From NCBI GenBank assembly GCA_028242535.1, contig JAOJYB010000005.1:992-64991 (forward strand): a stretch of 64,000 nt of DNA. Reading direction: 5' to 3'. This stretch comes from Candidatus Nitrosopelagicus sp. (GTDB taxonomy: Archaea; Thermoproteota; Nitrososphaeria; Nitrososphaerales; Nitrosopumilaceae). The notes beneath the pieces are model-generated. The model saw nothing but the letters and a program-made list of their open reading frames with translations. It was not told the origin of the DNA and did not search any database. A program made the translations under genes and the position numbers. Below, one piece after another: positions 30,521-39,452 of the stretch (position 1 is its first letter; each line of letters opens with the position of its first letter).

Positions 30521-32119
30521 CTAGAAGATCTCCTTTGGTCTATATTCACCAAATACCTCTCGTAGTGTGTTACTAATTTCCCCTGTCGTAGCATATGTTT
30601 TCACAGAATTTAGTATGAATGGCATTAAATTTTTGTCAGTTTCTGCTGCTGCCTGTAATTTTGATAGTGCTGTATTGGTTTTTTTGTTGTCACGGGATTT
30701 TCGTAATGCCTTGATTGCCTTTTCTTGTTTTGCTCCTAGTGAATCATCAATTCGTAATAGTTTTTGCTTTGCCTCAACTTCATCTACAAATTTGTTAACA
30801 CCAACTAGAATTCGTGATGAATCATCAACCTCTTTTTTGATGCGATATGCATTTTGTCTAATCTCTGCTTGGAAGAAACCTTTTTCGATTGCTTTGAGTG
30901 AACCTCCCATCTTGTCAATCTTTTTGAGATACGCCCATGTCCGCTCTTCAATCTCATCACATAGTTCTTCTAGATAATGAGAGCCAGCCATTGGGTCTAC
31001 TGTTTTTGTAATGCCTGATTCAGATGCAACAATTTGTTGGGTTCTAAGTGCAATTTTTGCAGACTCTTCAGTTGGCAATGCAAGTGCTTCATCTCTTGAA
31101 TTGGTATGAAGTGATTGTGTTCCACCCAATACGGCAGCCATTGTTTGCATTGCAACACGGACTATGTTGTTATCTGGTTGCTGTGCCGTTAATGATTCAC
31201 CACTTGTTTGTGTATGAAATTTTAATTGTAATGATTTTTTATTTTTAGCATGGAACCTTTCTTTTAGTATTTTTGCGTAAACCTTTCTTGCAACTCTAAA
31301 CTTTGCTATTTCTTCAAAGAACTCTATAGTACAACAAAAGAAAAATGATAATCTTGGAGCAAACTCGTCAATTTTTAACCCCTGTTCGATACATGTCTCT
31401 ATGTATTCAATGGCGTTTGCTATGGTAAATGCAATTTCTTGTACCGCATTTGATCCTGCCTCTCTAATATGATATCCAGATATGGAGACAGGATACCATT
31501 GAGGAACCTCTGTAGCACAGTATCCAATCATGTCACCAATTATACGCATTGATGGCTCTGGCGGATAGATGTACGTATTTCTTGCAATGTATTCTTTGAG
31601 GATGTCATTTTGTGTGGTTCCCCGCAACTGTTTACTTGAGAAACCTTGTGCTTGCCCTACCGCGATATAGTATGCAAGCAATGTAGATGCCGTTGCATTA
31701 ATTGTCATTGATGTGGAAACCTCACCCAATTCAATTCCATCAAATACGGTCTGCATGTCTTTTAGTGATGAGATTGATACACCGACCTTTCCTACTTCTC
31801 CTTCTGCTTGCGGTGCATCTGGATCATGACCAATCTGTGTTGGTAGGTCAAATGCCATTGAGATTCCGGTCTGCCCCTTGTCTAGCATGAACTTGTATCG
31901 TTTGTTACTTTGTGCAGCATCACCAAATCCGGCATACTGACGCATAGTCCAAAATCTGTCTCGATACATTCCCTGATGAATACCTCTAGTGTATGGAAAC
32001 TTGCCAGGAACCTCTTTTGTTTGCTTTTTAGTTGATTTTACATAAAATGGCTTAATTGGAATACTAGAATCTGTTACGTATTTTTTTTCTGCCGGTTTTG
32101 CTTTCTTTTTTGTTACCAT
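30521..32119 (-). CDS. mcmA1: Methylmalonyl-CoA mutase, substrate-binding subunit
   Basis: WTMRQYAGF, GTTQNDILKEY, SISGYHIREAG, TQSLHTNS.DEALALP. Confidence 0.96.
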   Translation of the reverse strand: MVTKKKAKPAEKKYVTDSSIPIKPFYVKSTKKQTKEVPGKFPYTRGIHQGMYRDRFWTMRQYAGFGDAAQSNKRYKFMLDKGQTGISMAFDLPTQIGHDPDAPQAEGEVGKVGVSISSLKDMQTVFDGIELGEVSTSMTINATASTLLAYYIAVGQAQGFSSKQLRGTTQNDILKEYIARNTYIYPPEPSMRIIGDMIGYCATEVPQWYPVSISGYHIREAGSNAVQEIAFTIANAIEYIETCIEQGLKIDEFAPRLSFFFCCTIEFFEEIAKFRVARKVYAKILKERFHAKNKKSLQLKFHTQTSGESLTAQQPDNNIVRVAMQTMAAVLGGTQSLHTNSRDEALALPTEESAKIALRTQQIVASESGITKTVDPMAGSHYLEELCDEIEERTWAYLKKIDKMGGSLKAIEKGFFQAEIRQNAYRIKKEVDDSSRILVGVNKFVDEVEAKQKLLRIDDSLGAKQEKAIKALRKSRDNKKTNTALSKLQAAAETDKNLMPFILNSVKTYATTGEISNTLREVFGEYRPKEIF

Positions 32120-32125
32120 GTATAA

Positions 32126-33058
32126 TCACTTTATGAAATTTTTTGTCAGCTTGTCTGCTGCCTCAAATGGGTCCATCTTTTTTTCTTGAACTTTTTTCAA
32201 ATAAGATGAAAATGACTTGCTTTTACCAATCATTGTTGAAATTTCCTGTCTAACGTTATTTAAAATAATATCTTCCAATTCATATTCTACACGAGATTTC
32301 TCTAAACTCTTTTTATCCTTTATTTTTTGTTTCATCAGTTCCTTTAGTTTTGTAGCTAACTCTTTGATTCCCTTGTTTTTCTTTACAGAGGTTTTAAGAA
32401 TTACAGCCTCTTCGTCTCCAGTTCCAATGAAATCTCGTAATGCTTGAAATAGTTGGGTTGCTCCATCGAGGTCACTTTTGTTTACCAAATAGATATCACC
32501 AATTTCTGTAATTCCTGCTTTTATTGTTTGAATACTATCTCCTGTATGTGGATTAAATGTAACAACTGTAATGTCCGCAATCTTTGAAATTTCAACTTCT
32601 GTTTGTCCTGCTCCAACACTTTCTATTATGATTGGATTAAACCCCGCATATTCTAGAACACGTAAACTGTTTCTAACGGAATGTGCAATGGCTCCTGTTG
32701 CACCACGTGATGCAATACTTCGAATGTATGTTCCAGTATCAGTTGATTCCGACATTCTAACCCGATCACCTAAGATGGCACCACCTGTAACATGACTGGT
32801 GGGGTCTACTGCCAATATGGCTGGTTTTAGTTTTAATTTTTTCATCTCCATGGATAGTTTGTTAATTAGAGATGATTTCCCAGCACCTGCAGGTCCTGTA
32901 ATTCCTATTACGATTGCCTTGCCAGATGTTTTGTAGATTTTTTTAACTAATTGTCGTGCCTCTTTTGGGTCATTTTCCATTATAGATATGGCCTTTGCAA
33001 TTGCACCTCGCTTTGCTTTTTTTAAATCTGGAAGAATTGCCATACAAAATTCTCTCAT
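32126..33058 (-). CDS. meaB: Methylmalonyl-CoA mutase-associated GTPase MeaB
   Basis: GPAGAGKS, AVDPTS..GGAILGDRVRM, ESVGAGQ, NKSD. Confidence 0.95.
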   Translation of the reverse strand: MREFCMAILPDLKKAKRGAIAKAISIMENDPKEARQLVKKIYKTSGKAIVIGITGPAGAGKSSLINKLSMEMKKLKLKPAILAVDPTSHVTGGAILGDRVRMSESTDTGTYIRSIASRGATGAIAHSVRNSLRVLEYAGFNPIIIESVGAGQTEVEISKIADITVVTFNPHTGDSIQTIKAGITEIGDIYLVNKSDLDGATQLFQALRDFIGTGDEEAVILKTSVKKNKGIKELATKLKELMKQKIKDKKSLEKSRVEYELEDIILNNVRQEISTMIGKSKSFSSYLKKVQEKKMDPFEAADKLTKNFIK

Positions 33059-33121
33059 TTGCTTGATTAAAAATCTTAGATGTAAAGAAAGATTTTAAAG
33101 CCATTTTTTGCAAATTAATTC

Positions 33122-33544
33122 ATGAAACAAAAGGTACAATCACGACGCGTCAAAATTCTAGTTGCAAAATTAGGCTTAGATGGTCATGATAGAGGTGCGC
33201 TAATCCTTTGTAGAGCATTTAGAGATGCAGGAATGGAGGTAATTTATTCAGGATTGTTTGCAACACCAGACAGAATTGCACAAATCGTTGAAGATGAAGA
33301 TGCAGATGCTGTTGCATTAAGTTTGCTTAATGGCGCTCATGGAACATTATTCCCAAGAGTTGTAAAAGAATTGAAAAAGAAAAAGATTACAGACGTGTTA
33401 GTTGTCGGTGGCGGAGTTATCCCTGAAGAAGATAAAAAAGCATTAGAAAAGGCAGGAGTTACAGGAAACTTTGGTCCAGGAACATCATTAGATTTGATAA
33501 TTAATCATATTACAAAAGGCGTTTCTAAACTAAGAAAGTTATAA
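33122..33544 (+). CDS. mcmA2: Methylmalonyl-CoA mutase, cobalamin-binding subunit
   Basis: KLGLDGHDRGA B12-binding motif, GGGVIP. Confidence 0.96.
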   Translation: MKQKVQSRRVKILVAKLGLDGHDRGALILCRAFRDAGMEVIYSGLFATPDRIAQIVEDEDADAVALSLLNGAHGTLFPRVVKELKKKKITDVLVVGGGVIPEEDKKALEKAGVTGNFGPGTSLDLIINHITKGVSKLRKL

Positions 33545-33546
33545 TT

Positions 33547-34554
33547 TTATTCAGTAGAGTCAGGCCACATCATCTTTCTCATCTGTTTTCCTACAGTTTC
33601 GATTTGATGATTGTCTAACTCTTTCATGTATTTATCAAATGCAGCCTTTCCTTCATTTTGATAATTGTCAATCCATTCTTTGTTGAATGTTCCATCTTGA
33701 ATCATTGTTAAAACTTTTTTCATTCTGTCTTTACTATCAGGTGTCATTACCATTGGACCTCTTGTTAGTCCGCCATACCTTGCAGTCTCTGAAACACGTC
33801 TCCACATTCCATTGATTCCGTATCTTTGAATCATGTCTACAATTAATTTTAATTCGTGTAATACCTCAAAATATGCAATTTCTGGTTGATAGCCTGCTTC
33901 TACTAGTGTTTCAAATGCGTTAACTACCATTGATGCAGAACCTCCACATAGATCTGCTTGTTCTCCAAACCAATCAGTTTCAACTTCTTCTTTGAATGTT
34001 GTTTGAATTAATCCTGCACGTGCACTACCGATTGCTTTTGCAATTCCTAGTGTTCTGTCCCATGCCTTTCCTGTCTTGTCTTGTTCTACTGCAACAATTG
34101 ATGGAGTTCCAAAGTTTTGTAGGTATGTTTCTCGTACTTTAGAGCCAGGACCTTTTGGTGCGACCATAATTAGATCAACGTTTTCTGGTGCGTCAATCCA
34201 TTTCCAGTAGATAGCTGCTGCGTGTGAAAATGATAATGCTTTTCCTTCTGAAAGATTTGGAGCAATCTCCTCTTTGTACACTTTGGCTTGAACCATATCA
34301 GGAATTAAAATGTGAACGATGTCTGCCTTTTTTGTTGCATCTGCTACTGACATGACCTCATGACCATCATCTTTTGCTTTGTTCCAAGTTGGACTACCTT
34401 CTCTTAGACCAACAATAACTTTGAGACCTGAATCTTTCATGTTATTTGCCTGTGCATCCCCTTGAATTCCATATCCAATTACTGCGATAATTTGGTCTTT
34501 GATAGGGTCAAGACTAATGTCTGCGTCTTTCCATGTCTTTGCCATTAAATGCAT
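33547..34554 (-). CDS. ilvC: Ketol-acid reductoisomerase
   Basis: GYGIQG, APKGPG, ETDWFGEQ, AYFEVLHE, SETARYG. Confidence 0.97.
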   Translation of the reverse strand: MHLMAKTWKDADISLDPIKDQIIAVIGYGIQGDAQANNMKDSGLKVIVGLREGSPTWNKAKDDGHEVMSVADATKKADIVHILIPDMVQAKVYKEEIAPNLSEGKALSFSHAAAIYWKWIDAPENVDLIMVAPKGPGSKVRETYLQNFGTPSIVAVEQDKTGKAWDRTLGIAKAIGSARAGLIQTTFKEEVETDWFGEQADLCGGSASMVVNAFETLVEAGYQPEIAYFEVLHELKLIVDMIQRYGINGMWRRVSETARYGGLTRGPMVMTPDSKDRMKKVLTMIQDGTFNKEWIDNYQNEGKAAFDKYMKELDNHQIETVGKQMRKMMWPDSTE

Positions 34555-34587
34555 TCAAAAATATGCAAATATAATCCTATGAAAATT

Positions 34588-34619
34588 AAAAAAAGTTCGT
34601 GAGTATGTGACGCTCACAA
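34588..34619 (-). terminator. Hairpin plus T-tract ending the 38070-34644 operon
   Basis: Minus strand reads TTGTGAG-N9-CTCACGA then AC-TTTTTTT, about 25 nt after the last stop codon. Confidence 0.5.
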
Positions 34620-34643
34620 TATTTTTAGTATCTTAATTTACGC

Positions 34644-34733
34644 TTATAGGAAATTAAAGTATACTAAATATGATCCAACTAAACCAAGTCCTCCTATTGC
34701 TGCAACTAACATCATTTTATCCAACCAATCCAC
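34644..34733 (-). CDS. 29-aa single-TM micro-protein (not in ORF track)
   Basis: GTG start preceded by GAGGAG, 4 nt after the upstream stop: MDWLDKMMLVAAIGGLGLVGSYLVYFNFL*. Confidence 0.65.
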   Translation of the reverse strand: MDWLDKMMLVAAIGGLGLVGSYLVYFNFL

Positions 34734-34737
34734 CTCC

Positions 34738-36135
34738 TCAAATTCGCTTTCCTTTAGCTTGATAAGTTCTAATTTTATGGAATACATTATGAGATGAAAA
34801 TACTGCAATTCCAGCAATCACCACACCAAGAAAGTTTCTAAGTGTCATGTAGATATCGGGTTCTTGTGCAATCAATGACATATCAAAAATAACATAGAAA
34901 TTATCAAATAGCCAAAATGCTATTGTAACCCATGATAATATGCCTGCAATAAGATATCCAAGCCTAGTCTTTTGCATGACAAATAATATTCCAAATCCAA
35001 TTGCCACAAACCAAACTATTGATCCAATCAACCAAGAAATTTCAAAAACATCTAGTCGATTATCTAACCAATAATATGTAGTTCCTATTATTGCCATCAT
35101 AATTAGAGAGACAGATAGGATCTTTTGGTTAATGGGGAACCCCATTTTTTCAGAAAATTTGTAACCCTTATTCGCCTCCTCAATCTTGATCATGTCCTCC
35201 TGCGCAATTATGATAGATTCATGAAGTGATTTTAACTCAAAGTCAATGTATTTTTTAATAGAATCATCATGAACTATAGAATCATGAATTAAGCTTTCAA
35301 CCAATGGTCTTGCAAGTGAAGCCTTCACAGGAGTTATCAAATCAATCCAGTATGATGATAGTTTTGTTGTCAAAAATGGAATTTGTAATACAAACAAATT
35401 TCTATTAAGAATCGCAGAATAGATACGCATCATCTGTTCATAATTTACTTTTTCAGGACCTCCAATATCAAATGTTTTTCCTGTAGTCTCCTTTTTCTCC
35501 ATGCATTTTACAAGATATTCAACTACATCGTTCAAGCAAATTGGCTGTGTAAGCGATTTTACCCATTTTGGACATACCATCACACGTAATCTTTCTACTA
35601 AATACCGCAACATTGCAAAAGAGCCACCTTGTGCACCTATGATGATTGATGCACGCAATTGTGTGACTGGAATATCTCCAGATGATAAAATATCACCAAC
35701 TGTTTTTCTACTCTTCATATGACGTGAGAGATCTAAACCATCATTTACTAATCCTCCTAGATAGATTATTCTCTTTACACCTGCTTTTGTTGCCGCGTTT
35801 AGAAAATTTTTTGCCTGTAAACTTTCACGTTTATCAAAATTCTCCCACTCTTTTTTATCACCCTCCATTGAATGAAGAAGATAGTATGCAACCTCAACTC
35901 CATCTAGCGCATTATCAAGATCGTTTTCTACTAGTGCATCTGCCTGGACGTATTTTATTCCTGGTTTATCTGAAAGTTTTCGTCTTGACATTGCTTTGAC
36001 AGTATAGCCAGCAGCAGTTAATCGTGTCAATAGTTTACTTCCAATAAATCCAGTCACACCTGTCACTAGAATTGAATATGGTTTTGTCTCAACAATTTCC
36101 ATATTCTCTAGTTTTTGAACTGAAGTACTAGTCAT
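34738..36135 (-). CDS. Atypical SDR / NAD(P)H-binding protein (YbjT-like) fused to a four-TM C-terminal domain
   Basis: TGVTGFIG, AYYLLHSM, IIYLGGL, LSRHMKSR, RASIIIG, TQPIC, LSSYWI; four hydrophobic segments at the C-terminus. Confidence 0.88.
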   Translation of the reverse strand: MTSTSVQKLENMEIVETKPYSILVTGVTGFIGSKLLTRLTAAGYTVKAMSRRKLSDKPGIKYVQADALVENDLDNALDGVEVAYYLLHSMEGDKKEWENFDKRESLQAKNFLNAATKAGVKRIIYLGGLVNDGLDLSRHMKSRKTVGDILSSGDIPVTQLRASIIIGAQGGSFAMLRYLVERLRVMVCPKWVKSLTQPICLNDVVEYLVKCMEKKETTGKTFDIGGPEKVNYEQMMRIYSAILNRNLFVLQIPFLTTKLSSYWIDLITPVKASLARPLVESLIHDSIVHDDSIKKYIDFELKSLHESIIIAQEDMIKIEEANKGYKFSEKMGFPINQKILSVSLIMMAIIGTTYYWLDNRLDVFEISWLIGSIVWFVAIGFGILFVMQKTRLGYLIAGILSWVTIAFWLFDNFYVIFDMSLIAQEPDIYMTLRNFLGVVIAGIAVFSSHNVFHKIRTYQAKGKRI

Positions 36136-36720
36136 TTAGTAACCACCTTTAGTGAACTCATATTCCTTTTTGTTAAAATCAAATGTAGTGACTAAGACAT
36201 CACCCATTGCATCTAATGCTACCTGTAAGATGTCTGGTAAAACAGAAAAGAATCCTCTAAACTTTCCAATTCCATATTCTTCTGCAATCAATCCAATTGG
36301 ACCGTCTGGTCCTCTTGTTACCACTGCCCAAACTGTAGCTAATGGTGTTCCTACACAGCTAAGTACTTGAACAGTTTCTGGTAATGTTTGTGCCAAATGT
36401 GGATTGTTAAAATCTCCAATAATCCACGTTCTTGGTAATCTTTTCATCATTTTCATGTATCTGTCTTTTACAAACTCGTATCGTTTTTCTGATTCAAATG
36501 ATGCGAGAAGTGGAGAATTATGTTTTGATGCATAGTTTTCAATCATTATACTCAATGCAAAAAGATCTGATCGATCTGCAGTGAAATTCAAGTACCCTCC
36601 GTCCTGGAAGTCTTGAAAATTCCATCTGGTAAAAATGTCTTCACCCTGTTTTGGGATATCTTTCTTTTCAGGAAATTTGTTAAAGACAGTTTCAACTAAG
36701 CTATCATTGATTAAACCCAT
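36136..36720 (-). CDS. Stand-alone DICT sensory-domain protein
   Basis: LFALSIMIENYA..LLASFE...RY..M...WIIG...PLATVWAVV...GLIAEE...FRGFFS follows the DICT pattern (LS..IE..A, aFQ, RY..L, PL..EW.VV, L.A.E, F.G.W). Confidence 0.72.
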   Translation of the reverse strand: MGLINDSLVETVFNKFPEKKDIPKQGEDIFTRWNFQDFQDGGYLNFTADRSDLFALSIMIENYASKHNSPLLASFESEKRYEFVKDRYMKMMKRLPRTWIIGDFNNPHLAQTLPETVQVLSCVGTPLATVWAVVTRGPDGPIGLIAEEYGIGKFRGFFSVLPDILQVALDAMGDVLVTTFDFNKKEYEFTKGGY

Positions 36721-36923
36721 TATGCAACACTCCCTGTTTCTATTCTTTTTCTGCCTCTTGCTCTTGTGCGTAAAATCATTCTACAACATGGACATCGTAC
36801 TTCTTCTGTGTCAATCCAGATTTCACACCAACTACATCTTTTCAATCCAAACTGATACTTTAGTGCATTAGGAATTTTGTTGATGCTAAATTTATTACAA
36901 ATGCCTTTACATGATGCGCCCAT
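36720..36923 (-). CDS. Small Cys-rich basic Zn-binding protein (paralog A)
   Basis: CKGIC...KRCSWC...RCPCC..ILRTR; 7 Cys. Confidence 0.8.
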   Translation of the reverse strand: MGASCKGICNKFSINKIPNALKYQFGLKRCSWCEIWIDTEEVRCPCCRMILRTRARGRKRIETGSVA

Positions 36924-36934
36924 ATTATTTCCTC

Positions 36935-37288
36935 TTAGTAATGTGCCGCGTTAGCGTACCCGATGATCTTAGTCACCTTTTCATGATTTGCAATTTCTAA
37001 AATTTTATCAACTGAAATTTTTCCAGAAACAACTAGTTTAGTTTTAATCCATCTGTGAACTGAGGTGGTTACTGCATAATTTTCACTAATCTGGTATTTT
37101 GGAATGTTGATGTCTACATCATCAGTGAAATCAATTTCCATATGAACATGTGGTGATTCACCATCAAACATTTTTTCTAATCTCATTGCTTTTAGTAGCA
37201 AAATTGGTTCCACTTTTGGTGCTATTTTTATCATATCAGCAATGAAACTTTCGTAAAGCGATTGGATTGTTTGAATGTCTGAGTCCAT
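36935..37288 (-). CDS. Hypothetical soluble protein
   Basis: 117-aa ORF with GGAGG ribosome-binding site, inside the operon. Confidence 0.75.
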   Translation of the reverse strand: MDSDIQTIQSLYESFIADMIKIAPKVEPILLLKAMRLEKMFDGESPHVHMEIDFTDDVDINIPKYQISENYAVTTSVHRWIKTKLVVSGKISVDKILEIANHEKVTKIIGYANAAHY

Positions 37289-37324
37289 TAGAATATTCCT
37301 CCTAATTGACCTCGTTTGTTACTA

Positions 37325-37906
37325 CTACCAGAATTTACCAATTCTCTCCACCTTTTGATAGTCTTCGTGTGTAATGCATCCAGCCATGAATCCCATGATT
37401 ACTCCAAATATTATATGGAGCATCAATGCGTTGATGTAGATTTTGTCGCTGTTGAACAACAATGTTGCTAATGCTTTTTGCTCTTCCAAGTCAAATTGAG
37501 ATACGTCAGTAATTATCAATTCTACCTCCATCATCGGAGTCATTACAAACATGTGAATTGGTAAAAATGCTAAAGTGAAAACTATGAGACCCGTTAGTAC
37601 ACCAGTGATTATTGCCTTTGGGACAGTCACCAATCTGAAGAATCTCCAAATGTTTGAGGCCAACAAGTACATGGAACCAATCAATGCTGCAACAGCCATG
37701 TGAGCAATGAAGCCCATAGCTATTGCCAATCCTTCATCAACACCCATTGTAAAACCGATGGTTTTGTAGAATGTTCCTGCGGGGATATCTAGCATTTGAT
37801 CAATTGCAAAGAATGATGAGAATAATGCAAAGCCACCCATTAGTCCTGCGCCCATTCCACCTTTGATTAAACCTAATTTTGTTGGAAATTGCTGTGTAGA
37901 CATCAT
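37325..37906 (-). CDS. Four-TM membrane protein with intramembrane His residues
   Basis: G-rich TM1, FIAHMAVAALIG, LPIHMF, LMLHIIFGVIMG. Confidence 0.8.
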   Translation of the reverse strand: MMSTQQFPTKLGLIKGGMGAGLMGGFALFSSFFAIDQMLDIPAGTFYKTIGFTMGVDEGLAIAMGFIAHMAVAALIGSMYLLASNIWRFFRLVTVPKAIITGVLTGLIVFTLAFLPIHMFVMTPMMEVELIITDVSQFDLEEQKALATLLFNSDKIYINALMLHIIFGVIMGFMAGCITHEDYQKVERIGKFW

Positions 37907-37911
37907 GACAC

Positions 37912-38070
37912 CTAATCCTCATCACAATTTGGTGAATTATCACCAATTGCCTCCTGTAGTACATTTTGTATCTGTAAATGTTTCGCCATACAGAATTTTA
38001 ATCCTTGAGTAGTATGTTCATCCAATAATTTTTCGCAAAAAACACAATTTACTTTTGCTTGTTTTTCCAT
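37912..38070 (-). CDS. 52-aa CxxC-x6-H-x7-C protein (not in ORF track), first gene of the operon
   Basis: MEKQAKVNCVFCEKLLDEHTTQGLKFCMAKHLQ...; same ligand spacing as 15927..16142; TATA element 21-28 nt upstream. Confidence 0.7.
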   Translation of the reverse strand: MEKQAKVNCVFCEKLLDEHTTQGLKFCMAKHLQIQNVLQEAIGDNSPNCDED

Positions 38071-38124
38071 ACACAATCAATGTAATTTTATTTATAATGC
38101 ATGACGAAGCTAGATAAGCACTAA

Positions 38125-38146
38125 AACACTCACCATGGTGAGTGTT
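38125..38146. promoter_or_regulatory. Perfect 22-bp palindrome AACACTCACCATGGTGAGTGTT (operator candidate)
   Basis: Exactly self-complementary; lies in the 108-bp gap between divergent promoters. Confidence 0.8.
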
Positions 38147-38178
38147 AGATTAAAAGCAATCTAGATCTGAAGGAGTTT

Positions 38179-38730
38179 GTGAATCTTAGTAAAGTAGATG
38201 AATACTTAGAGAAACTTGACCATACGCATATTGTTCTTTTTCATGAAGGTGGAAAGGAAAAACGTGAAACGGAATATGGATTTATTGAGAAAGGTTTGGA
38301 AAAGAACCAACATTGTTTCTATACCACCCAAAACCCACAACAAGTACTTGATGAGATGAAAGAATTTGGAATTGATGTAGATACAAAAAGCAATCTTATC
38401 CATATGGTAAAAATTCCTGATGAGTTTGAGAATTACTCAAAAATGATACTAGATGAAGTAGCCACTTTGCCTTCGGAGTCTGAAATACGAGTTATATCCA
38501 CACATAATTTTGATTTTGACGACGAAGAAAAAACTGATAGAATGGCGGAAATTGAACAGTGTGTAGATAATGATTTTGCGAATATTAATGGGAATTTTGT
38601 CTGCTCCTTCCAAGTTAATCAGGTAAATGAGAAACTCCGTTCAAGATTTCTTAATCAATTACTTGATTCACACAAGGCAATCATTTTTCTTAGAAATGAG
38701 AAAGGCTCCGACATGTTCATGTTGCCTTAA
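38179..38730 (+). CDS. Stand-alone MEDS-domain protein
   Basis: HIVLFHE...FIEKGLEKNQHCFY, IRVI, E..VD, FVCSF, LLDSH pattern of the inactive KaiC-like MEDS domain. Confidence 0.82.
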   Translation: MNLSKVDEYLEKLDHTHIVLFHEGGKEKRETEYGFIEKGLEKNQHCFYTTQNPQQVLDEMKEFGIDVDTKSNLIHMVKIPDEFENYSKMILDEVATLPSESEIRVISTHNFDFDDEEKTDRMAEIEQCVDNDFANINGNFVCSFQVNQVNEKLRSRFLNQLLDSHKAIIFLRNEKGSDMFMLP

Positions 38731-39016
38731 TATCCCTACTAACATCTAATATCAATTCATTAATTTTTGCATAATCGCTATGGAATTTCATGCCTTTTTC
38801 TGTAATTTTGATTACTTTTTCTTTTTCAAGAATCTGCCTTTCCTTCATCTCTTCGAGATATTTGGTTAATTTATCATAGGATGTGTTACATTTGAACTGT
38901 ATTCGAGTTGGCGATACAGAATCATTATTTTGAGTATCTTCTACTATGGCAGTTATAATATCATAATACAACTGAATTTTTGATCTACGTTCTTTAGCCA
39001 AACGTTGTGTACACAC
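38717..39016 (-). CDS. Archaeal winged-helix transcriptional regulator (HTH_45 / ArnR1-like)
   Basis: RRSKIQLYYDII, PTRIQFKCNTSY..L.KYL, ITEKG. Confidence 0.88.
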   Translation of the reverse strand: MCTQRLAKERRSKIQLYYDIITAIVEDTQNNDSVSPTRIQFKCNTSYDKLTKYLEEMKERQILEKEKVIKITEKGMKFHSDYAKINELILDVSRDIKAT

Positions 39017-39092
39017 ACGGATTCTATAATAACATGATGTTACAGTCGATACAACTAGTCAAGCAGATATAATCTATTAACTAATAATACTC

Positions 39093-39332
39093 ATGATTAC
39101 AGATAATCCTAAATTTGTAAAGTTGTTAATAATCATAGTATTTGCAATTGTGGTTCCTGTCAGCATTGTAGGAATTAACATGTATGATGAAAATGTCATA
39201 AATCCACGAATCTGGGAGGGATGGACATGTGATGAGATGGAAAAATTTGCACTAGAAGATAGAGATGACACTCTAAATGATTATCAGGCAAGCAAGTTTC
39301 ATGAGGATTTGTCAGAATGTCTATCTAGGTAA
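39093..39332 (+). CDS. Small membrane-anchored protein with a Cys pair
   Basis: N-terminal TM; WTC...C. Confidence 0.7.
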   Translation: MITDNPKFVKLLIIIVFAIVVPVSIVGINMYDENVINPRIWEGWTCDEMEKFALEDRDDTLNDYQASKFHEDLSECLSR

Positions 39333-39452
39333 TCACATAGTAATGATTTTTTTGCAACTTGTACATTGAACCTTTACTTCATCATCCTCTAGTCGTTCAA
39401 ATTTTTTAGAGCCGCATTCAGGACATATTGGACATGCTCTTGCAGGTTTCAT
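39333..39452 (-). CDS. 39-aa zinc-ribbon protein (not in ORF track)
   Basis: MKPARACPICPECGSKKF...VQCTSCKKIITM*; ATGA overlap with the upstream stop. Confidence 0.75.
   Translation of the reverse strand: MKPARACPICPECGSKKFERLEDDEVKVQCTSCKKIITM

Noticed and set aside
39030-39042. TAACAT-G-ATGTTA upstream of the wHTH gene
   Set aside because: Short and AT-rich with no second copy found; cannot be supported as an operator
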